From a virus: DNA of 64,000 bases. The notes beneath the pieces are model-generated. The model ran no database searches and was not told the origin of the DNA. It saw nothing but the letters and a program-made list of their open reading frames with translations. The DNA is taken from UHGV virus genome UHGV-0084588; one strand, 5' to 3'. Numbering within the stretch: the stretch's first letter is position 1; each line of letters starts with the position of its first letter. The translations under genes and the position numbers were made by a program. Of the stretch, positions 47,832 through 57,739 are shown piece by piece.

Positions 47832-48711
47832 TGTCAAAGTTTACGACGGTAAACTCTCGACGGTAACGCTTAATGCGATGCGTTTGGCTACCGCATTAAT
47901 TACCGGTGCTGACGTGCAATACCCACAAAAATCCACACTGAATGAGTTCTATAAACTCATGCAAACACCAGTGCCGGACGGTAAAGCGCGTCCTCATTTG
48001 CAGTACATGGCAATTGGTAACCGTGGCCATATGGTCGACACCTCTGATGTGGTGGCTGACGTTGTGCCTGTAGGTAAAGAGCCCATTGCTTCCGGGATGT
48101 TTTCCCGCGTTCCGTTTGTCCTGCGTACAAAAGACAATGATCTGTCTGACGAACAACGTCGAAACTATGCTTTTCGTACTTTGGAAACGTTTAACAAACG
48201 CGAATACTGGGCGTATTACTTAAAACGCATCGATATGCGCGCTGTAAAAACCACCGATTACGATATCAAGCGTGAGAACGGTGTTGAGACTGTCGAAGAC
48301 TTTGTATACACCGACACGGAGTTAAACCCCGTGCCGAAAGTATTGCCTGATTACGATTACGACGACGATGGCACCGTTGCAATTCCAGACGGACGTTATG
48401 TCGAATCGGGTGCTGACCTGGTTATTCCGTGGACAGACTTCGATGTTCAGGAATATATGAACGTAACGAGCATTATGCGTGGCAGCCCGCGTAGTTCAAT
48501 CATCTCTGAACTGGCACTCTGCTCAGGGTTAGACCAGGTAGCGTCCGGGGACTCTGCAACTGGGTCTAAATTCAGTTATAACGAGGCGATTGGGGTCCAG
48601 GCGCTGTACTATATTTCGATGTTTACCAACCTGGCACAGACGAATGACAAACTGTCTTTGACCATTCGCATCGGACAACCTGCGCCGTTCTTCCTGGGGA
48701 CTGCTAACTGA
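47824..48711 (+). CDS. hypothetical protein
   Basis: 295-aa ORF overlapping neighbours by a few nt. Confidence 0.65.
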   Translation: MSNVKVYDGKLSTVTLNAMRLATALITGADVQYPQKSTLNEFYKLMQTPVPDGKARPHLQYMAIGNRGHMVDTSDVVADVVPVGKEPIASGMFSRVPFVLRTKDNDLSDEQRRNYAFRTLETFNKREYWAYYLKRIDMRAVKTTDYDIKRENGVETVEDFVYTDTELNPVPKVLPDYDYDDDGTVAIPDGRYVESGADLVIPWTDFDVQEYMNVTSIMRGSPRSSIISELALCSGLDQVASGDSATGSKFSYNEAIGVQALYYISMFTNLAQTNDKLSLTIRIGQPAPFFLGTAN

Positions 48712-49355
48712 TGTTGATACCCGAGCCGAGACTTCCAGATAAGATGGTAAGAATCGCGGCAATAGACCCCGGTACGAGCCATCTTGGTATGGCAGTATTG
48801 GATTGGGAATACGGCAGCGATCAAGCCGAAGTGGTTTGGGCTGATACCATGCATGTATTAGACCCAACGCATCCAAATGCGTTCGCAGAGTGTGTCGGTA
48901 AACGTGACGATCGTTTAGTTAAGCTCGAAGCTTGTTACCGTGAATTTCTTCGGATTGCCTGCCCAACTTTCGTTGCAACTGAGACACCGTTCATGCGGAG
49001 AGCAAAACTCTCCGCTTATGAATCTGGCGTCGAACTACAATTAATGTTGCGACGTACTTTGTGGGATATTTACCCGGAGAAAATTTTACACGGCTTCAAT
49101 CCTATCATTGTAAAATCATTCGTTGGGGTGGAGGCGAAGGGGACGGATAAAACCGATATGTTTCGGGCCGTGACCAAACTCTACCGTGAACATGCTTTGT
49201 TTGATATTACAACGTTAGATGAGCACAGCATTGATGCTGTGGCGGTGGGAAATATTTTCGTCAGGGTAAATCTGTTAAACTTAAACAGCTTGCTACCGCC
49301 TAAACAAAAGTCGACCAAGACCTCCAGGCGGAGAAGGCGTCGGAGAAAACGTTAA
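48711..49355 (+). CDS. ruvC: RuvC-like Holliday junction resolvase with poly-Arg C-terminal tail
   Basis: IAAIDPGTSHLGMAVLD (cf RuvC ILGIDPGSRVTGYGVI), FVATETPFM (cf FAIEQVFM), DEHSIDAVAVGN (cf DAADALAIA); ends SRRRRRRRKR; start may be internal ATG 48744. Confidence 0.7.
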   Translation: MLIPEPRLPDKMVRIAAIDPGTSHLGMAVLDWEYGSDQAEVVWADTMHVLDPTHPNAFAECVGKRDDRLVKLEACYREFLRIACPTFVATETPFMRRAKLSAYESGVELQLMLRRTLWDIYPEKILHGFNPIIVKSFVGVEAKGTDKTDMFRAVTKLYREHALFDITTLDEHSIDAVAVGNIFVRVNLLNLNSLLPPKQKSTKTSRRRRRRRKR

Positions 49356-49933
49356 TGGAACCAAGCACACAAGCAATACCCACCGAAATACTTGACTTAC
49401 TGATTCAAGCTGGAAACAGAAAGTTAAGTAAAGAACAGTCTGAACAGTTAACGAAACTCTTGAAAGCGGCGTATGGGGATGAAGTCGATGTTGACGTCAC
49501 CCGTTCGGGAACAAAGATTCTTTCCGATCTACGACCGACGCTAATCGATAATTTAGGCAAAATATCAGAACAATTCCATCAGCAGGCAACCGATGCTGTG
49601 GAATCTCTCGGGGATGAGATTAGCAAAGAAACCATGCTAACCTTGTGGCCGAAATTAGCCGCTCCTCAGAAGTTCATTATTGCCCTCTTGACATTGGCGA
49701 CGGTTATTGTAACCGGATTCTTGGGTTACGACACGCACCAACATTTTCCAGAAGACAGTCTAGACGTTCTGATTGTGACGTTGGTACCGTTCTTTGCATT
49801 GGTTGTTTTTGCGACTTGGCCGATTAAAACGTTGGCTTATAAGTCTCTTGAGATAGCCACAAAAGTTGTTGAGAAGAAGCTTGAGAAATCAGGCCAGCTT
49901 AAGTCGAAGACAGAAAGCCCAGCAACGAAATAA
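49355..49933 (+). CDS. membrane protein (two predicted TM helices)
   Basis: 192 aa; hydrophobic segments FIIALLTLATVIVTGFLGY and LIVTLVPFFALVVFATWPI; terminator follows. Confidence 0.6.
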   Translation: MEPSTQAIPTEILDLLIQAGNRKLSKEQSEQLTKLLKAAYGDEVDVDVTRSGTKILSDLRPTLIDNLGKISEQFHQQATDAVESLGDEISKETMLTLWPKLAAPQKFIIALLTLATVIVTGFLGYDTHQHFPEDSLDVLIVTLVPFFALVVFATWPIKTLAYKSLEIATKVVEKKLEKSGQLKSKTESPATK

Positions 49934-49938
49934 TATTA

Positions 49939-49977
49939 ACCTCTACCTTCGGGTAGAGGTTACTTCTTTTTATTTTT
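49939..49977 (+). terminator. rho-independent terminator
   Basis: aacctctacc-ttcg-ggtagaggtt then acttctttttattttt. Confidence 0.75.
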
Positions 49978-50023
49978 ACAATTTTTAAACATAGTGTGAG
50001 ACTTAAAAGAAGGAGTGTTAATT

Positions 50024-50677
50024 GTGGAACCGTTACGCTTAATGACCAGAACGTTGCTGATACCTATTCAAGAGCTGAAGGTTGGGCCGTTGGTCGCCTC
50101 TAATGGGGAAATTGTTGATTTCGTTAAAGAAGAAAAAATTGTTACGACCGCTTTCCAAGAGACGGTTCATCGCTATTATCATGCAGTACCCTTATCGGGC
50201 AGTTTAGATTGCCCTGGTGTGGAGGGGAGTACATCTGCGTTAATAGTGGAGCACTTAGAAAAGAAAGGGTTTGGAGTTGGGAAGGGGCAGGTTTTTGTAG
50301 ACATCTCTAAACTGAACGAGTATCAGAAAGACCTAACGTTTCAGATAAGAAGATTACTTACCCGCTACGGTCTTTTCTCGATTAATTGTAAGTTCGACGA
50401 CGTTCGGATGTTAGACCACGGTTTTACTACCGCCCTTAAAATCTATCGCGGTAAAAGATACATTCAGTTTGCTTGGTGGGTGCCGACCCTGCGAGGTGAG
50501 AGAAAAACGGTGGAAGGGTTGTACGGTTGGGCTTTATGGAGCGAAGTTCCAGTAACGAAACTCGATGCAATTATTCCACAACATCGAAACGTTCCACTTA
50601 GCAGTTTATTTACTTCTGGTGGGAACACCACGTGGGATGAATTTGTTAAAAATGTTTTATCGATAGGGGAACAATAA
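50024..50677 (+). CDS. hypothetical protein
   Basis: GTG 50024 with AAGGAG SD 8 nt upstream (alternative ATG 50042). Confidence 0.6.
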   Translation: MEPLRLMTRTLLIPIQELKVGPLVASNGEIVDFVKEEKIVTTAFQETVHRYYHAVPLSGSLDCPGVEGSTSALIVEHLEKKGFGVGKGQVFVDISKLNEYQKDLTFQIRRLLTRYGLFSINCKFDDVRMLDHGFTTALKIYRGKRYIQFAWWVPTLRGERKTVEGLYGWALWSEVPVTKLDAIIPQHRNVPLSSLFTSGGNTTWDEFVKNVLSIGEQ

Positions 50678-51153
50678 TGCAACAGCTAGATATCACCGAA
50701 GACAAAATCTCCGCTAAATTTCCTGAATTACGTGAATATGTGAAAGATTTAAATTCGATTCGAGAAACGCCGGTTAGAATCACTTTGGCCGTTGAAGACG
50801 ATATTACACATGGGGTTGCAATCTGGGAACCGGGGAACCTTATTTATCTGGTGGTGGCCGAGGGTTCTCGTCGCAGCGGTGTAGGTTCCTTTTTACTGAA
50901 ATACGTTCAACTCAATTCAGATCGTCAAATGGTGATGTGTCGTGTTCATCCTTCAAACATCGACGGGCTGTGTTTCTTTTCCAAAAAAGGCTTCCAAATA
51001 GACCGATGGTTTATTGCCAGTGACTCCCGTCGGTATTTTCGTATGACGAACAGTAACGTTGATTCGTCATACGCCCCGCCGGAAGAAGGATATTTGGTGG
51101 ATTTTATTGAAAACACCCCCATCTTTCTCTCTGTTGCGGATAAGATTTATTAG
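50677..51153 (+). CDS. GNAT-family N-acetyltransferase-like protein
   Basis: Acetyl-CoA-site-like RRSGVGSFLL and downstream FFSKKGFQ; 158 aa. Confidence 0.6.
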   Translation: MQQLDITEDKISAKFPELREYVKDLNSIRETPVRITLAVEDDITHGVAIWEPGNLIYLVVAEGSRRSGVGSFLLKYVQLNSDRQMVMCRVHPSNIDGLCFFSKKGFQIDRWFIASDSRRYFRMTNSNVDSSYAPPEEGYLVDFIENTPIFLSVADKIY

Positions 51154-51172
51154 AAACAGTTGAGAGCCCAAA

Positions 51173-51649
51173 ATGATTCGTGTCGAATATGAGACGCGGT
51201 GCTTGGAAGGCAATAAAGCAAAAGTGTTACGTTGCGTTGAAGTTATCCCCGCACACGAGGTTGATTTATGTACAGGTCGTGTTCGGGGTGTTCCTGTAAC
51301 GATAATACAGCATAATCCTTGTTCGCAATTTAAAGAGAAGGCAACTCCAGCAGTACGTTCTCGTCGACGAGAGGACTTTTCTGATCTCCGCAAATCTTTT
51401 ACACGGCACTACCGACGCAGTAAATGGAAAGTGCTGGTATTAATTTTAGTGGATGATTTTATTAAAGACCTGGTTTGGGAGGAGGTGCTAAAAGAGCGCG
51501 GTTTTACACCCAAACCTTTCTCGTATCACTGGGAACGTTTCAAAAAGAAATATCGTGAAGCGTTATGGTTTTCGCCTAACACACGGAACATGATTCCGCG
51601 TTTAGAGTCGATGCCATGGCTACGCGATCATCTTGATGAGGTAGACTGA
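51173..51649 (+). CDS. hypothetical protein
   Basis: 158-aa ORF. Confidence 0.6.
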   Translation: MIRVEYETRCLEGNKAKVLRCVEVIPAHEVDLCTGRVRGVPVTIIQHNPCSQFKEKATPAVRSRRREDFSDLRKSFTRHYRRSKWKVLVLILVDDFIKDLVWEEVLKERGFTPKPFSYHWERFKKKYREALWFSPNTRNMIPRLESMPWLRDHLDEVD

Positions 51650-52041
51650 TGAAACGAACTGTCATTACCCTATTTCTAACGTTACTTTCATTTTCCGCGT
51701 TAGCGGAATTTAAACCGCACGATATTAGTCGTTTTGAACCTACGGTGCCAGGCGATAAACCTGTTGTATTTAAACCCACAGACGATCCAGTCGTTGCAGT
51801 TCAAAACGACGAGTTTGCCACGGTAAATTATGGCAAAACCGAACTGTGCCCAGCGGGTGGCTTCTATTTGGTAAATATCAAGCGTCGTACATATCAGTTT
51901 GTTGATCCTGGAAGCTGTTCTGCCAGTGTAAAGGTAACGTTAGAAACTGTACCCTATGCAAATAAAAGTATTAATATTCAACGTTTAACTTTTTATGTTG
52001 GTGATGAGATCACCGCACGCTACCCGTTATACGGGTATTAG
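51649..52041 (+). CDS. secreted/periplasmic protein with signal peptide
   Basis: N-terminus MKRTVITLFLTLLSFSALA then EF (AxA cleavage-like site); 130 aa. Confidence 0.6.
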   Translation: MKRTVITLFLTLLSFSALAEFKPHDISRFEPTVPGDKPVVFKPTDDPVVAVQNDEFATVNYGKTELCPAGGFYLVNIKRRTYQFVDPGSCSASVKVTLETVPYANKSINIQRLTFYVGDEITARYPLYGY

Positions 52042-52064
52042 CGATTAACCCCCGCGGAGTTTGT

Positions 52065-52703
52065 ATGTCTTTTGTAATTGATTTTGAAGTTGGCCATAGA
52101 CAGAACTTACTCAACCTCGTCAGTTACTGTAATAGCGGCAGTGTACGTAAAAAGCTTTCGGCTGAGAAAGTGGATGTTTCTTTAATAGGCGCACCCACAC
52201 CGGAAGGTCGGTATCGGGTAAAGTTAACTAACCGCAACGATATTAACGACGCGGTGATGGTATCTTACACGAAGCTTCAATTGAACGACTTTCTTGATAT
52301 TCCCGGTAAGTATCTGGATTGGTTCGATTTCGAAAACGGCCAACCGAAAAATTACGATAAATGGGCAGAGTCCGCGAAAGCGTCAGTAGAGAAGACGTGT
52401 CAGGATCGTGGTATGGTTTTGTCACGTGCATGGGATACTGGCTCGCAGTGCCATGTTGAGTATGATGAAGATCTCGAGCGCTATGCGGTAATTTACGAAT
52501 GTGATTCGTTTATTTATAGCGCACGAAATCGATTTATTCTACCGCTTCATATTGGGCAAATTATTACGAATAAAACCCTTGACGGACTTAACTACAACAA
52601 CGAACTGAATAAACGTCCTTTAGGGAGTGTAGATGGTGAGTTGGATGTCTGGATGGGCAAAGCGTTACTCGAAACTGTTGTTTTAAGTGGTTTAGAAGAG
52701 TGA
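52065..52703 (+). CDS. hypothetical protein
   Basis: 212-aa ORF; strong terminator follows. Confidence 0.65.
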   Translation: MSFVIDFEVGHRQNLLNLVSYCNSGSVRKKLSAEKVDVSLIGAPTPEGRYRVKLTNRNDINDAVMVSYTKLQLNDFLDIPGKYLDWFDFENGQPKNYDKWAESAKASVEKTCQDRGMVLSRAWDTGSQCHVEYDEDLERYAVIYECDSFIYSARNRFILPLHIGQIITNKTLDGLNYNNELNKRPLGSVDGELDVWMGKALLETVVLSGLEE

Positions 52704-52717
52704 TGACGTTGGCGATA

Positions 52718-52761
52718 GGAGAGAACCTTTTCGGGGTTCTCTCCTGCTTTCTTTTTTTTTC
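52718..52761 (+). terminator. rho-independent terminator
   Basis: Stem ggagagaacc/ggttctctcc then tgctttcttttttttt. Confidence 0.75.
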
Positions 52762-52790
52762 GCTTCACAACTTCAGTATGGAGGTGACAA

Positions 52791-53339
52791 ATGTATAAAA
52801 TTGCTATTATTGGTTCTCGAGAAACGCCCGAAGACACGATGCAAGAAATGTTGGACGTGTTGCAACGTGGATTCAAAATTCTTCGTAATAAACAGCACAA
52901 TATCGAAACCCGATCGGGGGGTTGTTATAAAGGACCAGACCAATTACAGTTTATGTTAGCACGCACTGAACCAGGTCCACACATTTGCTATTTACCTGAC
53001 GATCGTAAGTTGTGGTTACGTAAGTTACATCCGAACGTGGATTTTCGCGTTATCCCTCAAGACATTCGTTATCGTGGGATTGTGGCATCGCTTCACCCTA
53101 ATCCTGATAAGCTATCGGACATAGCTTGGGCACTGCATGGACGAAACTTAAATATTGTGTCAGGTGATTCTTTGGACGACCATGTAGACGCCGTTTATTA
53201 TTACGCCGAACACGATAAAAAGGGAAATCCAAAGGGTGGGACAGCGATGGGTGTCCGTTATGCGCAGTCGCTGAACATCCCTTGCTACTATCATGTTACC
53301 GACGCATCTAAGTGGTTAGAAGACCTACGCTTATTATGA
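52791..53339 (+). CDS. hypothetical protein, possible DprA/SLOG-like Rossmann fold
   Basis: N-terminal KIAIIGSRE resembles the IAxxGSR signature of DprA/Smf and SLOG proteins; weak evidence. Confidence 0.6.
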   Translation: MYKIAIIGSRETPEDTMQEMLDVLQRGFKILRNKQHNIETRSGGCYKGPDQLQFMLARTEPGPHICYLPDDRKLWLRKLHPNVDFRVIPQDIRYRGIVASLHPNPDKLSDIAWALHGRNLNIVSGDSLDDHVDAVYYYAEHDKKGNPKGGTAMGVRYAQSLNIPCYYHVTDASKWLEDLRLL

Positions 53340-53389
53340 AGTTAGTCAGGGCGGGCTTCTCCCCGCTTTAGCTTAAAATGGGGTAAAGG

Positions 53390-54523
53390 ATGTCAACATT
53401 AGATTCCGATTTAGAAGTCCTTTGCGATGACTACGATCGATTGGTCGCGTTAGAATCGCTTAATGTTAAAGACAATTATCCGACGGTTGTCGCTATCCGA
53501 AAACGGTGGGCTTTAGATGATGTCCACGTTGCGCTGGAGTCTGCAGCGATGATGGAACGCGCGCAATTTGTTGCGGACACCGAGCCTTACGCAGGGGTAG
53601 GTAAAGCGGTCGCACGCGCGACAGGCAGAGCGGTTAAAGGAGTTGGACGCGTTGCTGGAAAAGCAGCGGTGGCAGGAGCCAAAGCGTCTGGAAAAGTCGC
53701 AGGTAAACATTCTAAGCAGCTGGCGTTACGTTTTATCGACTTCGCGGAAGCCGCCGGTAAAGAAGTTATTAATGAACTGAAAGAAGCGACGTCCAAAGCA
53801 TCGTCGTTAGAGCGCAAGCTACAGAAGTTAGAAGCACGTTTAAGTTTACTCGGTATCAAGGACACTTTAAAACCGGTTGACTGTGACACGGGAAGTTGGA
53901 CAACCAAAGTTTGTTTAGAAGACAAACCTAACGTAAAAGCATGTATTGAGTTCAGTAAGAACCTGAGCGCAATGGATGCGATGGTCAACGAGTATACCGT
54001 TAAAACACGTACGTTAATCGGTAAGAGCAAGAAAGTTACCGAAAGCGGTTTGGAGAAAGTGGGTCGGTCAACGAACTGGGCGATTAAACGAAGCGCAGGG
54101 CTGTTCGGTATTATCGATCCGTTTAAAACGGTGAAAGCATATCCGTGGCCAGGTAACGTGGTGGTCGTTGAACACGACAGCGGTAAGATTGAGTGGGCGA
54201 TTGCCCGTGACGGTGATTTTGGTCACACGATCAAATCTCTGAACTTGCACGAAATCGGTTCAGCTCTTGATGCTGTTAGAAACATTATCCGGGCGTTACG
54301 TCAGCGTGGTACGAAACGACGTAGCGTTGGGTATACAGGAATTTATGATGAAATTCAACGTATGCGTAAGGAACTTAAGTCGCTTGAAGGGCGGGAGTTA
54401 CGCGACGCTACCGTACGTTATAAAAACGCACTGCGTTTAGAAGATGCGTTTACTACCTCGTTAGTGCGCGTTGCGGAAGGATTACTGGAATGGTGCAGGT
54501 TGTCGCTGATTGAGGTTAAATAA
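53390..54523 (+). CDS. hypothetical protein with Gly/Ala/Lys-rich repeat
   Basis: 377 aa; low-complexity GVGKAVARATGRAVKGVGRVAGKAAVAGAKASGKVAGK. Confidence 0.65.
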   Translation: MSTLDSDLEVLCDDYDRLVALESLNVKDNYPTVVAIRKRWALDDVHVALESAAMMERAQFVADTEPYAGVGKAVARATGRAVKGVGRVAGKAAVAGAKASGKVAGKHSKQLALRFIDFAEAAGKEVINELKEATSKASSLERKLQKLEARLSLLGIKDTLKPVDCDTGSWTTKVCLEDKPNVKACIEFSKNLSAMDAMVNEYTVKTRTLIGKSKKVTESGLEKVGRSTNWAIKRSAGLFGIIDPFKTVKAYPWPGNVVVVEHDSGKIEWAIARDGDFGHTIKSLNLHEIGSALDAVRNIIRALRQRGTKRRSVGYTGIYDEIQRMRKELKSLEGRELRDATVRYKNALRLEDAFTTSLVRVAEGLLEWCRLSLIEVK

Positions 54524-54990
54524 TGCGTATCACTATTATTCTCAAACCCGACAGTAAATACGGAAAGTTATATGGCGACCAGGTACTCAAACTGCACAAC
54601 ATGTTGTTCGCAGAAGAGAAGGTTCGTATTAGTCAGTTAACCGGTCGCGACACGTTCAACCCAATTGAGCACCTAGAAGAGATTTGGCCTCAAGATTATC
54701 TCTGTGCGTGTGCGGTGGACGACAACGAACAACTTTTGGGTTTCATGACGTTTTCAATGGGTTCTTGCTCAAAGGACACATTTGTTTATATTGGGAACTA
54801 CTACGTGATTCCCGAAGCGCGTTCTCAAGGAGTAGGACGTGCGCTTATGGACAAAGTCCGTGAATACGGAAAGTCCAAAGGTTGTGGTTGGATGAGTTTG
54901 GATGTGTTAGACAACAACGTTAAAGCTATCTCCTTGTATGAGAAAATGGGATTCCGTACCGAATGCAGGGAAATGATAAAGGAAATCTAA
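54523..54990 (+). CDS. GNAT-family N-acetyltransferase
   Basis: Motif A RSQGVGRALM and motif B NNVKAISLYEKMGF; 155 aa. Confidence 0.75.
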   Translation: MRITIILKPDSKYGKLYGDQVLKLHNMLFAEEKVRISQLTGRDTFNPIEHLEEIWPQDYLCACAVDDNEQLLGFMTFSMGSCSKDTFVYIGNYYVIPEARSQGVGRALMDKVREYGKSKGCGWMSLDVLDNNVKAISLYEKMGFRTECREMIKEI

Positions 54991-54991
54991 A

Positions 54992-55624
54992 ATGGCTGCA
55001 AGATTCGTACCGTTTCACGACGGGTCTAGATATACTTTTGGTGTAGAGCGTTACGCTGTGGGTTTTCGTCCTGGTTGGCGAGTGGTACGAATCGATAAGG
55101 CGTGTTGGTGTTTACCGACGGGCATTTTTGATTACTTTACACCTGAAGCTTTAACGCGGTTTGTTTCTCTGGGTTCGCCCACCCAACGTGCTGCGTGGGA
55201 AAAGAATATTCGTTGTCGTTATTTAGGTAAAACACGAAACGCCACAGCACGGGCTGTTTATCACGTTGGGAGTCGTTGGTTGCATGTCGAACCGACACAC
55301 CCACGATGTGCAGTGACGCCCTTTAATGGGGAGTATAAAGGTCAGGTATACACAGGGTTGCATTTTGCTTTTCCAGACAACCCCGAACTGAATTACTTTT
55401 TAGCCACCCCGAAGGACGTTACGTTAGCTACGTTCTATAAATACCTTTTGTTCTATCCTGCGTATGTCGTTGCAGAATTTGAACACAAAGCATTTCCTCT
55501 GCCATACGGTAGAGACAGGAGATTAGCAGGATGTTCTATCGAGAACTTCAGCAATACACCGACGCTCTCCGAAAAGCGACCATCGATGCAGACAACAACC
55601 TCAGAGATGTCGTTAGCGCTATAG
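54992..55624 (+). CDS. hypothetical protein
   Basis: 210-aa ORF; last ~30 codons overlap next gene, so true 3-prime end uncertain. Confidence 0.55.
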   Translation: MAARFVPFHDGSRYTFGVERYAVGFRPGWRVVRIDKACWCLPTGIFDYFTPEALTRFVSLGSPTQRAAWEKNIRCRYLGKTRNATARAVYHVGSRWLHVEPTHPRCAVTPFNGEYKGQVYTGLHFAFPDNPELNYFLATPKDVTLATFYKYLLFYPAYVVAEFEHKAFPLPYGRDRRLAGCSIENFSNTPTLSEKRPSMQTTTSEMSLAL

Positions 55625-55902
55625 AACAGTGTTCGGATGTATTGTATGCGGAAACGATTGAATCGCCAACTCACGATGGTGTGAAATCGCTCCAGCTACA
55701 CGTTTGTAGTAAGCACGGTAGTCTGTCGTTAAACTTCCGTGTAGGTTTAGATTATTACATGGTTCGTAAGAGCTATTTAAGTTGTGACGGCGACCTCTAT
55801 CCGGTTGTCTGGAACAACGATTATTCTAAGTTTGTTTATCCGCTTGAAGAACACCGACGCACGGTTTACGAATTTGTGAAAGCTGTTCTTGAGGGGTTCT
55901 AA
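55531..55902 (+). CDS. hypothetical protein
   Basis: 123-aa ORF with AGGAGA SD; overlaps upstream ORF by 94 nt. Confidence 0.5.
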   Translation: MFYRELQQYTDALRKATIDADNNLRDVVSAIEQCSDVLYAETIESPTHDGVKSLQLHVCSKHGSLSLNFRVGLDYYMVRKSYLSCDGDLYPVVWNNDYSKFVYPLEEHRRTVYEFVKAVLEGF

Positions 55903-55916
55903 GAGAGGGCCTTGTA

Positions 55917-56522
55917 ATGTCAGAGATGATTCTCGATTCATTACTATTGATTACAGTATCGTACATCAACAAAACGGGCAAGTTGCCTAAACGTGGCGTT
56001 ACTATCGAACGTGACGGGTTTAAACACCGCTACCCCTTAACGAAAATTTTGGATTTAGCTGCACGTTTAGCCAAGATGCGTCGACCAAATAGCGAAGCGG
56101 CACCGAAATACGTTTTGCTGGTTTTACAACGTGCGATTTCTGAGGTGCGTCGTAAACGCCGCCGCGCCGCGTTTCGATTTTATCCAAACTCGACGCAACA
56201 AGTGGTGGGGGAATATAACGATATGGTTGTTGATCTTCGTGCAGGTCGGAGTAATGTAACCGGGCTGGCGTATAACCGCCTTAAACGCATTCTGGACGAC
56301 AGTGATGCTTTAACCACACCACAGGAGGGGCAAGCGGCTCTAACGCTTCTACGTGGCGCTGAGCTCGTTATTGTAGACACCGCCGTGCAGGCAGCAAGAA
56401 TGCAACATTATCTTGCTAAACAAGGGCTAGTCTTGCTCTGCGTAACATCCGCACAGGCTGCTAACCTTACCACGCCGGAAACGTCGGAAGTGTGGAGTGA
56501 TCCGATTGTTGATCATCAATAA
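55917..56522 (+). CDS. hypothetical protein
   Basis: 201-aa ORF; terminator 56530-56566 follows. Confidence 0.65.
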   Translation: MSEMILDSLLLITVSYINKTGKLPKRGVTIERDGFKHRYPLTKILDLAARLAKMRRPNSEAAPKYVLLVLQRAISEVRRKRRRAAFRFYPNSTQQVVGEYNDMVVDLRAGRSNVTGLAYNRLKRILDDSDALTTPQEGQAALTLLRGAELVIVDTAVQAARMQHYLAKQGLVLLCVTSAQAANLTTPETSEVWSDPIVDHQ

Positions 56523-56529
56523 AACCTTA

Positions 56530-56566
56530 CCCCTACTTAACGGTAGGGGCGGGTTTCTTTTTTATT
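56530..56566 (+). terminator. rho-independent terminator
   Basis: Stem cccctac/gtagggg then cgggtttcttttttatt. Confidence 0.7.
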
Positions 56567-56570
56567 GTAA

Positions 56571-56612
56571 ATTATTACAACTGTTACTCTCATTGTGAGA
56601 GGTTTCACTTAA
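56571..56612 (+). promoter_or_regulatory. degenerate promoter-like element (variant)
   Basis: ATTATTAC then palindrome CTCTCAttgTGAGAG and shared TCACTTAAC; upstream of kinase gene; spacing differs from copies 1-3. Confidence 0.3.
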
Positions 56613-56636
56613 CGTGCGTAAAAAGGTAAAACTATA

Positions 56637-57260
56637 ATGCTTAAGACAGTATCTATTGATGGTCCTGATTTTTCTGGGAAATCAACGTTGTGTAAAATGG
56701 TAAAAGCGATGTTGGAGTCCGCAGGATTAAAAGTGTGTATTCGGAACCATCCGACGTCTGAAACCGAGGCGGGCATTCGTGCACGTAGCTTGGTTGTACA
56801 GTCTGCTTCGAAAACAAAAATTGCTGAAGCAATGTGTGATGATTTCCTTCACACGTTGGACCATGTTGTTGACGAGTACGATGTCGTTATTTTCGATCGC
56901 TTCTGTCCTTCAACGATCGTTTATCAGGGGACAGATGGTAAGGATGTGGTTTTCCAACGTAAACTAACTCGTCATTTCCACACTCCTGACCTTTATGTTT
57001 GGACAGATGTTGATTACCCAACAGCGTTAGCGCGATTTAAGAAACGCGTAGAAGAACAAGGTAAGAATTGGGATGATGAGGTACTTACTGTTAAGTATCT
57101 AAAGGACAACCAATGTTGGGATGGCTTACGCGACCATTATCGTTTCGCACATCACATCTTAACAGAAGGCGGTTGTCTTCACACGTTATTACCGGTAACG
57201 CAGAATGACGATTACCGTTTGAAAGCTGCAGAGATTGTTACGCATATTTTAGCAAACTAA
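56637..57260 (+). CDS. P-loop nucleotide kinase, thymidylate-kinase-like
   Basis: Walker A IDGPDFSGKST (cf EGxDGxGKST) and FDRF (DRx motif); 207 aa; exact substrate not determinable by eye. Confidence 0.6.
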   Translation: MLKTVSIDGPDFSGKSTLCKMVKAMLESAGLKVCIRNHPTSETEAGIRARSLVVQSASKTKIAEAMCDDFLHTLDHVVDEYDVVIFDRFCPSTIVYQGTDGKDVVFQRKLTRHFHTPDLYVWTDVDYPTALARFKKRVEEQGKNWDDEVLTVKYLKDNQCWDGLRDHYRFAHHILTEGGCLHTLLPVTQNDDYRLKAAEIVTHILAN

Positions 57261-57266
57261 CCGCTT

Positions 57267-57306
57267 AGGTACCACCCAACGGTGGTGCCTATATTTTATT
57301 TTTTCT
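57267..57306 (+). terminator. rho-independent terminator
   Basis: Stem aggtaccacc/ggtggtgcct then atattttattttttc; immediately precedes promoter-like element copy 3. Confidence 0.7.
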
Positions 57307-57307
57307 C

Positions 57308-57346
57308 AGATATATATTACTTAAGTGAGAGTTACAATTAACTCTT
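57308..57346 (+). promoter_or_regulatory. phage early-promoter-like element, copy 3
   Basis: AGATATATattacttaaGTGAGA; stem agagtt/aactct; upstream of HTH regulator gene; follows a terminator. Confidence 0.55.
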
Positions 57347-57379
57347 TACACTGAGTTGTTAACCTAAAGGAGTATTACC

Positions 57380-57739
57380 ATGGCTTACAATCACAATTCC
57401 ATCGTTCTGACAAAACGTAAATTCGGTCTTCACTTGTCTTACGTAATTCGTCATTTGACCACGAAAGATATTACTCAGCGTGAGCTTGCCCAGCTTGCGA
57501 AAGTTTCACAACCCGTTATCTCATCTATTAAGAACGATCACTCAGAACGTTTAAGCTTACCGATTATGATGAAAGTTGCTGATGCGATTCGTTTGAAGTA
57601 TCAGATTAGTTTTAATTCCGTTAAGGGTCGTTGCTCAGTAACTGTCCACGTAGAGTCCGCATTGGACTACGTTGCAAACACCTCCATTAAACGCACCACG
57701 AAGAATGTGCGTTTTATCACTAACACCGCAGCACACTAA
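57380..57739 (+). CDS. helix-turn-helix transcriptional regulator (XRE-like)
   Basis: HTH signature ITQRELAQLAKVSQPVISSIKND; preceded by conserved promoter-like element. Confidence 0.65.
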   Translation: MAYNHNSIVLTKRKFGLHLSYVIRHLTTKDITQRELAQLAKVSQPVISSIKNDHSERLSLPIMMKVADAIRLKYQISFNSVKGRCSVTVHVESALDYVANTSIKRTTKNVRFITNTAAH

